A stretch of 64,000 bases of DNA from Candidatus Latescibacterota bacterium. GTDB lineage: Bacteria; Latescibacterota; UBA2968; GCA-2709665. Within the stretch, counting starts at the first letter, position 1, and each line of letters opens with the position of its first letter. A model generated the notes under the pieces. The model made no database searches. It saw only the letters and a list, made by a program, of their open reading frames with translations, and had not been told where the DNA came from. Made by a program: the position numbers and the translations under genes. Positions 10,665-19,613 of the stretch are shown piece by piece. The stretch is from assembly GCA_965222075.1 (NCBI GenBank), contig OZ244937.1, positions 4,192,001-4,256,000 of the forward strand, in the 5' to 3' direction.

Positions 10665-11936
10665 TCACTCCAGACGCCACAGAGCCAAGGTTGAAATATC
10701 TTTGACGAAAATCTGTCTTCCCAGCACAGCCGGATGGGCCCACGTCGGGCTGTCGGCCACCGAATATCGAGCAACAGACTCAAATCCCCTGGCACTTTTC
10801 TTAACCACAACCAACTCGGCCTCGGTCGTCAGACAGAACATCACCTCTCCGGCGCCAACAAGCGCAGCGTTTTTACCCTGCCGTCCCTCGCTCGTCCAGA
10901 GCATCGATCCGGTTCGAGCGTCCAGACAGAAAAATCGCCCCTTGCGTTTGTGGTCCAGCCCAAATAAAAGGTCATCGCACAGGACCGGCGAACTCATATA
11001 CATCGAAACCTCTGCGTTATGCCAGACCTGTTCGGTTGACCATGTATCGCCATCCCTGGTAACTTTAATCGCCGTTGTCCCCCTGTCCAGACCTGAGAAA
11101 ATCACCGTCTCCTCGAACACGACCGGCGTCACGATATTCTGGTCCCACGCGGTTGTAAACGGAATGCTCCAGAGCAACCGGCCTGTGTCTAAAGCAACCC
11201 CCACACAGTAATTTTGCGTCTGGGTCACCACCTGTTTTGTGCCTCCAAACACAGCCACAATCGGCGAGGTGTATGCCGGGCCGTCCCCGTCCCAGCGCCA
11301 TTTCACATCTCCGGTCTCCGCGTTAAAAGCCATCAGTGCGCCCTGGTCGTGCCCCCCAACGTGCGCGATCAGCATACGATCTGCCACCAGGGGCGACATC
11401 GCTGTGCCGTAAAGGGGTGAGGTCTTCTCAAATCGACTCGAAAACGCGTGACGCCACTTCAGCTTGCCCGTACTGGCCTCAAAACAGGATAAAATGCCGC
11501 TGATCCCCAGGGTATAGAGCTTCCCGTTGTGGAACACAGGTGTCGACTTCGGCCCCTTGCCGTGTCCTCTTGCAGCCGAATTCATACGATAAGGCGCCCG
11601 ATAGCGTTCCTGCCAGATCAACCGACCCGAATCCAGAGAGAAACAGGAGGCCGCCTCCTGCCCTTCCAGACGGGAGTGCAGATAGACCTTTTCACCCACA
11701 ACAACCGGCGATGCGTGTCCCGTTCCAACCGGTACCTTCCATCCAAGCTTCAACGAATCCGGCCAGACCCCCGGCATCGAAACCGATTTCGCCACCCCAT
11801 CCCGATTCGGGCCCCGCCATTGGGGCCACATACCCTCAGCAGAAACGCGTCCCAACCCCACCGCACCCACGCCCCACATCCAGGCGACCGTCCACGCGAT
11901 CACACGCAACCGCTTCACGTCACACTTTAGCAGCAT
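10665..11936 (-). CDS. Secreted PQQ-like beta-propeller protein (4 of 4 in the operon)
   Basis: Signal peptide then WPQWRGPNRDG; repeated ASPVV/STPV...G.L.W blades. Start is uncertain (11936 or 11918). Confidence 0.85.
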   Translation of the reverse strand: MLLKCDVKRLRVIAWTVAWMWGVGAVGLGRVSAEGMWPQWRGPNRDGVAKSVSMPGVWPDSLKLGWKVPVGTGHASPVVVGEKVYLHSRLEGQEAASCFSLDSGRLIWQERYRAPYRMNSAARGHGKGPKSTPVFHNGKLYTLGISGILSCFEASTGKLKWRHAFSSRFEKTSPLYGTAMSPLVADRMLIAHVGGHDQGALMAFNAETGDVKWRWDGDGPAYTSPIVAVFGGTKQVVTQTQNYCVGVALDTGRLLWSIPFTTAWDQNIVTPVVFEETVIFSGLDRGTTAIKVTRDGDTWSTEQVWHNAEVSMYMSSPVLCDDLLFGLDHKRKGRFFCLDARTGSMLWTSEGRQGKNAALVGAGEVMFCLTTEAELVVVKKSARGFESVARYSVADSPTWAHPAVLGRQIFVKDISTLALWRLE

Positions 11937-13194
11937 AAGAACCCGCATCTTCCGGAAGTTCACACATCTGTCCCATAGGCTCAAAGATTGCGCTGACATC
12001 CTTGATAAAAACGTGGCCGCTGAGGATGTCCACAACCCCCTGCTGGCACTCTGGAAACCGCTTCAGAAATCTGGCAAAACTGAACTCCCTGGTATAGAAG
12101 GCATAGACCAACTTCCGGATCGCTTCCATACCCCTCACAAACTCGGGCCCCCAGTTCCCCAGTTGATCGCCTGAAAAATCGTCTCTCTCGAATCCTTCAT
12201 TGATCGCATCAGCAGCCATTTCGCCGGACTTGAGCGCCAGAAACACGCCCGACGAATAGATCGGATCCAGGAACCCGAACGCATCCCCAACGAGCACCCA
12301 GCCGTTTCCTGCGACCTGACGGGAACGGTAGGAGAAATCTCTGGTCACCCTGACTGGAAACACCTGCGTTGCATTCGCCAACCGCTCCTGCATGCGCGGG
12401 CATTTTTCCAGCTCTTCGTCAAAAATCGCCTGTGCGCTCCCGCTACGATTCTGCAGAAGATGATCCAGGGCACCGACCACCCCCACGCTCACCCGGTCAT
12501 CTTGAAGCGGAATGTACCAGAACCACGCGTCCTTATCCCGCGTATGGAGAATCAACGTTGCCCCCTCATCAATCCCCTCGTCCCGCAGCCCGCCTTCAAA
12601 ATGGGTGAAAATGGACGCCTTTTTCAGGTTCGGCTCCACCGCTTTCACCTTTAACTTTCGGGAAATCAGCGCACTCTGCCCGGTCGCATCCACAACCACC
12701 CTGGCCGAAACCTCCTCAACCGCCCCATCCGGCAATTTTACCCGGACGCCCACCGCCCGATCTCCCTCAAACAGCACATGGCGAACGCCGACCCCATGGC
12801 ACACTTCTGCGCCTTTCGCCCCTGCATTGTCCAGCAGCATCTGATCGAACGCACTGCGCAGGACCTGCCAGGTCACGGAGCTCTCGTGCGGATTGTTCTC
12901 TGAAAAATAGAAAGGCGCAGACGCCTTCCCGGAACCGCCGAAAAACTGAACGCTGTGCTTCCTGGGAAAAACGCTCGCCTTCAACCGATCCAGAACGTCC
13001 AGCCGCTTGAGCGTCCAGTACGTCCCGGGCATCAAAGATTCCCCGATCTTGAAGAACGGAAATCTCTCCCGCTCCAGCAGAAGTACCCGATGCCCCTTCT
13101 CTGCCACCAGGGCCGCCGTCGTACTGCCCGCAGGCCCCCCTCCGGCAACGATCACATCGTAGGTGTCATCTTGAATGCTATTCCTCTTATTCAT
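11920..13194 (-). CDS. Flavin-dependent halogenase-like oxidoreductase (PltA/CmlS/CndH type)
   Basis: GGGPAG FAD motif, FPFFKIGESL, a Lys in FPRKHSV at the expected catalytic position, WFWYIP (WxWxIP), GDAFGFLDPIYSSGV. Confidence 0.8.
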   Translation of the reverse strand: MNKRNSIQDDTYDVIVAGGGPAGSTTAALVAEKGHRVLLLERERFPFFKIGESLMPGTYWTLKRLDVLDRLKASVFPRKHSVQFFGGSGKASAPFYFSENNPHESSVTWQVLRSAFDQMLLDNAGAKGAEVCHGVGVRHVLFEGDRAVGVRVKLPDGAVEEVSARVVVDATGQSALISRKLKVKAVEPNLKKASIFTHFEGGLRDEGIDEGATLILHTRDKDAWFWYIPLQDDRVSVGVVGALDHLLQNRSGSAQAIFDEELEKCPRMQERLANATQVFPVRVTRDFSYRSRQVAGNGWVLVGDAFGFLDPIYSSGVFLALKSGEMAADAINEGFERDDFSGDQLGNWGPEFVRGMEAIRKLVYAFYTREFSFARFLKRFPECQQGVVDILSGHVFIKDVSAIFEPMGQMCELPEDAGSYAAKV

Positions 13195-14476
13195 CTTCCC
13201 GATGGTCCCTAAACCGTCTCGCCTTAAGCTCAAAACGGGGCAACGTATTGTGAGGCACCGCCTCTACGGTCGCCCGAATGCCCAGAACATGCCGGACCTC
13301 TTTGGCCACTGTGCTCACAACCCGGTCGGGATCGGCTCCGTTCACCTCCAATCGGATCTCCAGCTCATCTAAGGCATCCCGTCGATAGACGTCTACGGCG
13401 AACTCTCCGACTTCCGGAAAACGCCGCACCGTGTTCTCAACCGCACCGGGATAAATATTCACACCACGGACGATCAACACATCGTCGATCCGTCCGACAA
13501 CCCCACCTTCAAGGCGCCAGAACGTGCGGCCGCATTCACAGGGCGCCCTCAGCAGCTTCACCCGATCTCCGGTGCGATACCGGATAACCGGCATGCCGAC
13601 CCGTCCCAGGTTGGTAATCACCAGTTCCCCTTCTTCTGCAGGGTCGCCGGTTACGGGATCGACCACCTCGCAGATGAACTCACCTTCATTGAGATGCACC
13701 CCCGCCTGGGCCTGGCATTCATACCCCCACGCGCCGACCTCGGTCGCACCGGCGTGATCGTAACACCGGGCGTTCCAGGCCTGTTCGATCCGCTGCCTGG
13801 TCGCCGGCAAACTGGCGCCGGGTTCCCCGGCATGAAGGGTAATCCCGATCCCGGAATGGGCGATATCGATCCCCTCCGCGGCGGCGACCTCGGCAAGGTA
13901 CAGGGCATAGGTAGGCGTGCAGACCAGCACCGAAGCTTCCTCAGACAGAATCGCCCTCAACCGCTGTTCCGAGGGCATCCCGCCCCCGGGAATCGACAGC
14001 GCGCCTGTGAACCGCGCCCCCTCAAGCGCACTCCAGAAGCCGATAAAAGGGCCAAAAGAAAAAGCGAAAAAAATGCGGTCCGCCGCCGTTACGCCGCCCG
14101 CCCAGTACACTGCTCCCCAGCAGCGGGCCCACCAGCCCCAGCTCTCCTTTGTATCCAGCCACCGAAGCGGGTCTCCTGTGGTACCCGACGTTTGATGAAC
14201 CCGGATGTAGCGCTCGGGGGGAAAAGTCAAATTTGTGCCATAGGGTGGGTGATCACGCTGATCTGCGGAGAGTTCCTGCTTGGTGGTAAACGGCAGTTGA
14301 AAATAATCTTCAGGTGTTTGCACATCCTCCGGCTGCTTCACGCCTGCCCTCACCAACTTTTGCCGGTAGAACGCGTTGGTCTTCAGCAAAGGACAAAGCA
14401 TTTCCCGCAGCTTTTTCAACTGCAGATTGACAAGCGCCTCTCGATCCAAAAATTCAAAATAAGTGTTTGCACCCAT
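13187..14476 (-). CDS. Phenylacetate-CoA ligase family (PaaK-like) aryl-CoA ligase
   Basis: LPFTTKQEL, HQTSGTTG, YDHAGATE, RYRTGD, GRIDD...RGVNIYP. Confidence 0.88.
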   Translation of the reverse strand: MGANTYFEFLDREALVNLQLKKLREMLCPLLKTNAFYRQKLVRAGVKQPEDVQTPEDYFQLPFTTKQELSADQRDHPPYGTNLTFPPERYIRVHQTSGTTGDPLRWLDTKESWGWWARCWGAVYWAGGVTAADRIFFAFSFGPFIGFWSALEGARFTGALSIPGGGMPSEQRLRAILSEEASVLVCTPTYALYLAEVAAAEGIDIAHSGIGITLHAGEPGASLPATRQRIEQAWNARCYDHAGATEVGAWGYECQAQAGVHLNEGEFICEVVDPVTGDPAEEGELVITNLGRVGMPVIRYRTGDRVKLLRAPCECGRTFWRLEGGVVGRIDDVLIVRGVNIYPGAVENTVRRFPEVGEFAVDVYRRDALDELEIRLEVNGADPDRVVSTVAKEVRHVLGIRATVEAVPHNTLPRFELKARRFRDHREDE

Positions 14477-14501
14477 AAGTTCTCAAACGCACCGTTCGTC
14501 T

Positions 14502-15860
14502 TTACGTGTATCTTGCATTTCGGTATTTTGAATCGTAAAATTCCGGCAACAGCTGGTCAACCCGAAGCAAGCCCTTCCGTGTTAAATGCACCCCGTGCTT
14601 ATCAAACATCAGCATCCCGTCATCCTGGAGCCTGTGATAGGTTGGGCCATATGCTTCCAGAATATCCACGCCAAATTTCTCTTGAAAATAACCTGTGCTG
14701 ATTTTTCCAAGTTTCAACTGCAGGATCATTTCCCGGGTGAGCCGTTCTTCCCGGGTGGTTGCAAATGCCCGGTTGAGCGGAAGCTGCCCCGCGCCCAGCG
14801 CCCCGATATACGCATCCCAGCTGGTGACATTCTGGAAATGCAGCCCGCCCATGTGAGAGAAAGAAGCGACCCCGGTACCGATCATATCGCTGCTGCGCCA
14901 GAGCGCATCCCGGTAGACGAATTTGTCCGGCCTCCCTTTTTTTACTACCGTATAAGCGCTGGAAATCTCATATCCGGCTTGCGTAAACCACTCAATCGCA
15001 TAATGATGCCATTCCCGCTTCGTCTCCCAATCGGCCACAGGCACCGGATCGCCATCCTCTGTCAGAATACGTTTCGAATAGACCGTGTTAAATGGCAGTT
15101 CCATCTGATAAACCGTCACGCTATCCGGGTCCAGATCAACCGTCTTCTGGACCGTATTCCGCCAGCTCTCCCACGTCTCTCCCACCATTCCGGCGATCAA
15201 ATCCACATTCACCTGCTCAAATCCAAGCGCCTTGATCCAGGGCACAACGGCAAAGACCTCCTTAGACAGGTGGGCCCTGCCATTTTCCCTCAAAATGTCG
15301 TCATTGAGATTCTCAACCCCAAGGCTCAACCGGGTAACGCCAACCTCCTTGACGGCTTCCAGCTTGCTTTGTGACAGGGTGCCGGGCTCGCATTCAAAAG
15401 CCACTTCCTCCACCTCATCCCACGGCATCGCCCCTTGAAGCCGCTCCACAAGCGCTTTCAGATGCTTGACACCGATATAAGAAGGCGTCCCACCGCCAAA
15501 ATAAACAAACTTCAGGGACCGTCCCGAAATCCTGGGCAATTCGCTGTACATCTCGACTTCATCGCCCAGCGCATCCAGATAGGCCTGAATCTGGGCGCTG
15601 TTTTTGTCGGTATACACCCGGAAATAACAGAATTTACAGCGCTTCCGGCAAAACGGAATGTGCAGGTAAAGGCCCAGAGGCGTTTCGAGCGAAGCCGAAT
15701 CTGAAGCGTTCAGCATCTTTATCACCTCCGGAACGCGATCTTCGCTCCAGAATGAGTACGGGGGGTAATTAGAAACAAAAACGCTCCCCACATCCGTCTT
15801 CTTCCAATCCTTTTTGGTGGTCGCCGGTTCAAGAGCCGCCACTTCTGAACGCTCACTCAT
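14502..15860 (-). CDS. HemN-like radical SAM enzyme (possible class C methyltransferase)
   Basis: LYLHIPFCRKRCKFCYF (CxxxCxxC), YFGGGTPS, RLSLGVE, NVDLIAG, HemN-type C-terminal domain. The ATG at 15860 overlaps the upstream stop. Confidence 0.88.
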   Translation of the reverse strand: MSERSEVAALEPATTKKDWKKTDVGSVFVSNYPPYSFWSEDRVPEVIKMLNASDSASLETPLGLYLHIPFCRKRCKFCYFRVYTDKNSAQIQAYLDALGDEVEMYSELPRISGRSLKFVYFGGGTPSYIGVKHLKALVERLQGAMPWDEVEEVAFECEPGTLSQSKLEAVKEVGVTRLSLGVENLNDDILRENGRAHLSKEVFAVVPWIKALGFEQVNVDLIAGMVGETWESWRNTVQKTVDLDPDSVTVYQMELPFNTVYSKRILTEDGDPVPVADWETKREWHHYAIEWFTQAGYEISSAYTVVKKGRPDKFVYRDALWRSSDMIGTGVASFSHMGGLHFQNVTSWDAYIGALGAGQLPLNRAFATTREERLTREMILQLKLGKISTGYFQEKFGVDILEAYGPTYHRLQDDGMLMFDKHGVHLTRKGLLRVDQLLPEFYDSKYRNARYT

Positions 15861-16983
15861 CGTTCTGCCTTTCGCCGAAACAGTATAAAATGCCATCTAC
15901 CGAACCGATCACCAGCTTCCCGGCCGCAACGCTTGGGGAAGCCACAATAGATGATCCTGTTACAAACGTCCAATCCGGTTCGCCTGTAAAAAGACCAAGC
16001 GCCAGGATCGCCCCGCCCATTGTGCCCACAAAGATCCGATTCCCAACAATCACAGGCGAAGAATCAATACGCGACCCCGTTGCATACGTCCACAACGGCT
16101 TCCCGGTTTGTGGGTCCAGCGCGTGGACCATCCTATCCCGCCCGCCCACAACCACCCCGCCAGCCGTCACTGCGGGAGATGCGTAAAATGGAAACCGCCG
16201 CTTTGGATGCTCATATTGCCAGAGAACCTCCGACCGCTCCAGATCGATACACAGAACCTGGTTCCCAAACGTACCCACATATGCCCGACCGTCCAGCACA
16301 GCCGCACTGGCCCCCACATAATCGCTCAACTCCACCTGCGTCTGCTCTGTGCCGTCCCGAATATTGACAACGCGCAAGTACCCATCGCACCCTGCAATTA
16401 AAGTCCTCCCATCCACAACCGAGGGCATGCCGTGAACAAAACCCTCCGTCTCCAGTTTCCAGATCAAGGCCCCATCTTTCATAGAAAGACAGTACAGATA
16501 CTGGTCGTAGGAGCCAAACAGCACACAGTCCCCGCCAGAATTCGCCGAAGAAACAATCCCCCCCTCTGTGCGAAACGCCCACTTACCCTCACCCGTCCGG
16601 GCGTCTACAGCGTGAAAATTACCCCCCTCATCCCCGAAATACACCACATGGTCGAATACGGACGGAGAAGACTTAATCTCGTCGGACGCCTTATATTTCC
16701 ATTTCAACTTCCCACCGGCAAGCTCGATGGCGTACAGGAAGCCGTCCAGACCGCCTACAAAAACCGTTCTTTCCCAGATTGCGGCCGTCGACTCAATCCC
16801 ACCTCCGACCTCTGTGGTCCAGAGCAGGCGCAAACTATCTGGCAGATCGCTTTTAGAAACGCCTGTTAACCGGGCATCCCCCCGGAAGCTGGGCCATTTA
16901 TCCTGCCCGTAGCCGGCCTGGACAAAAACCAGAAAAACCAGCAATCCGCACCCGGAGCGTACTTTCGACAAGGTATCCACCAT
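15853..16983 (-). CDS. Secreted PQQ-like (BamB-like) beta-propeller protein (3 of 4)
   Basis: Signal peptide, WPSFRGD, about eight SSP.V...VYFG..DG.L.A....G...W blades. Confidence 0.88.
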   Translation of the reverse strand: MVDTLSKVRSGCGLLVFLVFVQAGYGQDKWPSFRGDARLTGVSKSDLPDSLRLLWTTEVGGGIESTAAIWERTVFVGGLDGFLYAIELAGGKLKWKYKASDEIKSSPSVFDHVVYFGDEGGNFHAVDARTGEGKWAFRTEGGIVSSANSGGDCVLFGSYDQYLYCLSMKDGALIWKLETEGFVHGMPSVVDGRTLIAGCDGYLRVVNIRDGTEQTQVELSDYVGASAAVLDGRAYVGTFGNQVLCIDLERSEVLWQYEHPKRRFPFYASPAVTAGGVVVGGRDRMVHALDPQTGKPLWTYATGSRIDSSPVIVGNRIFVGTMGGAILALGLFTGEPDWTFVTGSSIVASPSVAAGKLVIGSVDGILYCFGERQNDE

Positions 16984-16986
16984 TGC

Positions 16987-18129
16987 TCAGTAAACCGCTT
17001 CATAAAGCTGTAAAAAATCACCCTCGGTCACCCGACGCGGGTTAAACGTCCCCGTCCACTGCCCGGCGGCTTCTTTCGCCAGCAGAGGCAAATCGCCTCT
17101 CTCAATCCGGAAATCTCTCAGACATTCGGGCAACCCCGCCGTGGCCTTCAACCTGACAATGCGGTCAACAAGAAGAGCCACACACCTCTGTCGGTCTGCC
17201 TGGGCCCGATGCGCAGCCAGACCCTCATAAAGCCCTGCTTCCACCTGGCCGTTGAACCGGATCACCACAGGCAGCATAAGTCCCACCGCAATCCCGTGCG
17301 TCATTCCATATCGGGCTGTCAGGGGATTTGCGCACGCATGGGCAGCGCCCAGCATAGAATTCTCGATGGCTGCGCCGGCCAGATGAGCTCCCAGAAGCAT
17401 CTTCCCCCTGGCCTCAACGGACGCCGGTTCGGACAAACTTATCTCAAAACTCCCTTCGAGCAACTCCCATGCACGCAGGGCGAACATCTGCGAAACAGGA
17501 TTCCTCCGCGTTGAAACATAGCTCTCCAGAGCGTGGGAGACGGCGTCCATACCGGCAGCGGCAGCAACGGATTTCGGCACGCTCTCTGTCAGAACGGGAT
17601 CGAGAATCACCGCCCAAAATCGCGCCTTCACATCCCCGCACGCCATCTTCTGGTGGGACGCTTCCCGGGCGATTAGCGCATACGACTGCGCCTCACTGCC
17701 CGTCCCCGCAGTTGTCGGAATCCCGATCGATGGAAGCATGGGCTGGACTGCCTTGCCCATACCCCAATAATCCTCCATCTTCCCGCCATTGGTCAGAATA
17801 AGATTGACCCCTTTGGCGCAGTCCATCGCACTGCCCCCCCCCAGCCCCACAATCAGATCGACTTCCCCCTGCGCCTTCGCAAAATGCACCCCCGCTTCAA
17901 CATGCCGTGTGGTCGGATTCTCTTCCGTACCCTCAAAAACGCAAACCTCCAGGGATGCCTGCCTCAACGACCGAACCGCCCGCTCCACAATACCCACCTT
18001 CACGATCCCCGGATCGGTAACAATCAAAACACGCCCACCACCCAGTTCTTCCACCAGATCTCCCAGTCGGTCTAAGGTACCTTCACCAAAAATCACCCGT
18101 GTGGTAGGCTGGAAATCGAAAGGTTGCAT
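16987..18129 (-). CDS. Iron-containing alcohol dehydrogenase
   Basis: GLGGGSAMD, IPTTAGTGSE, metal ligands in GMDAVSH, AAHAC and MTHG. Confidence 0.92.
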   Translation of the reverse strand: MQPFDFQPTTRVIFGEGTLDRLGDLVEELGGGRVLIVTDPGIVKVGIVERAVRSLRQASLEVCVFEGTEENPTTRHVEAGVHFAKAQGEVDLIVGLGGGSAMDCAKGVNLILTNGGKMEDYWGMGKAVQPMLPSIGIPTTAGTGSEAQSYALIAREASHQKMACGDVKARFWAVILDPVLTESVPKSVAAAAGMDAVSHALESYVSTRRNPVSQMFALRAWELLEGSFEISLSEPASVEARGKMLLGAHLAGAAIENSMLGAAHACANPLTARYGMTHGIAVGLMLPVVIRFNGQVEAGLYEGLAAHRAQADRQRCVALLVDRIVRLKATAGLPECLRDFRIERGDLPLLAKEAAGQWTGTFNPRRVTEGDFLQLYEAVY

Positions 18130-18166
18130 AGAAGTTCAATTCAGGAGATTTTGACCCTGATGCGCC

Positions 18167-19594
18167 CTACGCCCGCTTCGCCCACTGCAGCGCCCGCTGT
18201 CGGTAGAGATGCTCGAACAAATTCCCTTCGTGAGGCTGATCCCAGGAAACATGGGTGGTGGGAATGGGCCCCACATTCAGGCGTTCCACATCCGGAGAGC
18301 CCAACAGCGCGTCGATCAATGCGCCGTCCTCCGTAAGCGCGGTCACTGCGAGACTTGGGCCGATCCGGTCCAGGATCTCCTCCTGGGGCGCTTCGACCAC
18401 ACTGACAAACGGGAACAGGAATTCCGTATTGGCCAGGGGGTGTTCGGGGTCTTCGCACCAGATCACCGTCGGATTCAAAAAGGTACATCCCGCCTTCTCA
18501 ACCACCCGATCCGTCCCCCTGAGCCCAACCGTCAGGTCCACGGCGCCGGGAACCTTAAGCTGGCTGTCGATCAAACCGGAAAGCCGTCGGGCAAATTCGG
18601 GCCGGGTAAACGCGGCAATCTGCGCCTCCGGATCATCCAGCGGCCGGGCGGTAATCTGGACCAGGCACTCCGCCAGCGCCTCTGCGATCTCACGGCCATG
18701 TCCGGGCACCCATACACCGGACGCATTGATACAGGACCTGCCGCCGTTTTCGGCGATAGAGGCCACCATCACATCCAGGCCATCTTCCCATGCCGAAACC
18801 CGATCGGCCCCAATAATTACCTTGCTCCGCCCCGGCCCGTGAATCTGCACACGGGGATCGGCCTCCCAGGGCGCCACTGTCGGTCCGCCGCCAAACAGCA
18901 GCGACCGCCCGCAGCGGAGTAAAAGTTCACCTGCCCCTGCATGGTCCGTCGGATAAACCCCGAATGCCTCCGGCGGGCAGCCCGCCGCAATAAACGCCTG
19001 CGCAATGCGAAACGGCGTCCAGGGCTCCTCGCTGCCGGGCTTGAGAACAAGCGGTACTTTTAAAGGAATCGCAGGAATCCAGAGAGAATGCACCCCGGGC
19101 GAGTTGCTGGGCAGCACGGCGCCCAGGGCTTCGGTCTGGCAGACGTAGCTCAAAGGCCGTTCATTTTGAACCTTCCACCCTTCGTCCAGCACAGAAAGAT
19201 CGAGCCCGCGCGTCAGCCCGTCCAGAACAGCCTCCATCTCTTCGGAAACCAGGCGGATCTTATCCATATTCTGCCGGCAGAGAGATTCAGGCATACCCGT
19301 CGTCCCCGACACCTGCCGACCGTAATCTTCGGGCGACTGCGCATCCCCGTCCAGCGGCAAATCCGCCTCCATAAAAAGCCGGGCGGCCCGTTTACAAATC
19401 CCCAGCAGTTCCGAAACACCGTAAGCCTCAAGCGCCCGCTTATTGGACGCCGCCGACAGCAGATCCTTTGCCACCAGCCCGCGGTTGGCCTGACTGACAG
19501 CCCCCAGGGGTTCCCCGGTCTGAACGTGTGAAACATGGGCTACACTCAAACTCCTGTAAGCCCGCCCGGCCCGTAGAATTGGGAGGTGTACCAT
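18167..19594 (-). CDS. Aldehyde dehydrogenase-fold acyl reductase, EhpG/GriD-like
   Basis: VLPSNSPG, LVLKPG, catalytic Cys in NGGRSCINAS, EFLFP. The canonical ELGG is replaced by QIHGPGRSK. Directly follows the EhpF-like gene. Confidence 0.8.
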   Translation of the reverse strand: MVHLPILRAGRAYRSLSVAHVSHVQTGEPLGAVSQANRGLVAKDLLSAASNKRALEAYGVSELLGICKRAARLFMEADLPLDGDAQSPEDYGRQVSGTTGMPESLCRQNMDKIRLVSEEMEAVLDGLTRGLDLSVLDEGWKVQNERPLSYVCQTEALGAVLPSNSPGVHSLWIPAIPLKVPLVLKPGSEEPWTPFRIAQAFIAAGCPPEAFGVYPTDHAGAGELLLRCGRSLLFGGGPTVAPWEADPRVQIHGPGRSKVIIGADRVSAWEDGLDVMVASIAENGGRSCINASGVWVPGHGREIAEALAECLVQITARPLDDPEAQIAAFTRPEFARRLSGLIDSQLKVPGAVDLTVGLRGTDRVVEKAGCTFLNPTVIWCEDPEHPLANTEFLFPFVSVVEAPQEEILDRIGPSLAVTALTEDGALIDALLGSPDVERLNVGPIPTTHVSWDQPHEGNLFEHLYRQRALQWAKRA

Positions 19595-19613
19595 AGCTAA
19601 ACGTATTCCTGAT

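Noticed and set aside
9859-11211. 450-aa plus-strand ORF
   Set aside because: Antisense to the GT4 and propeller genes, which have clear family motifs.
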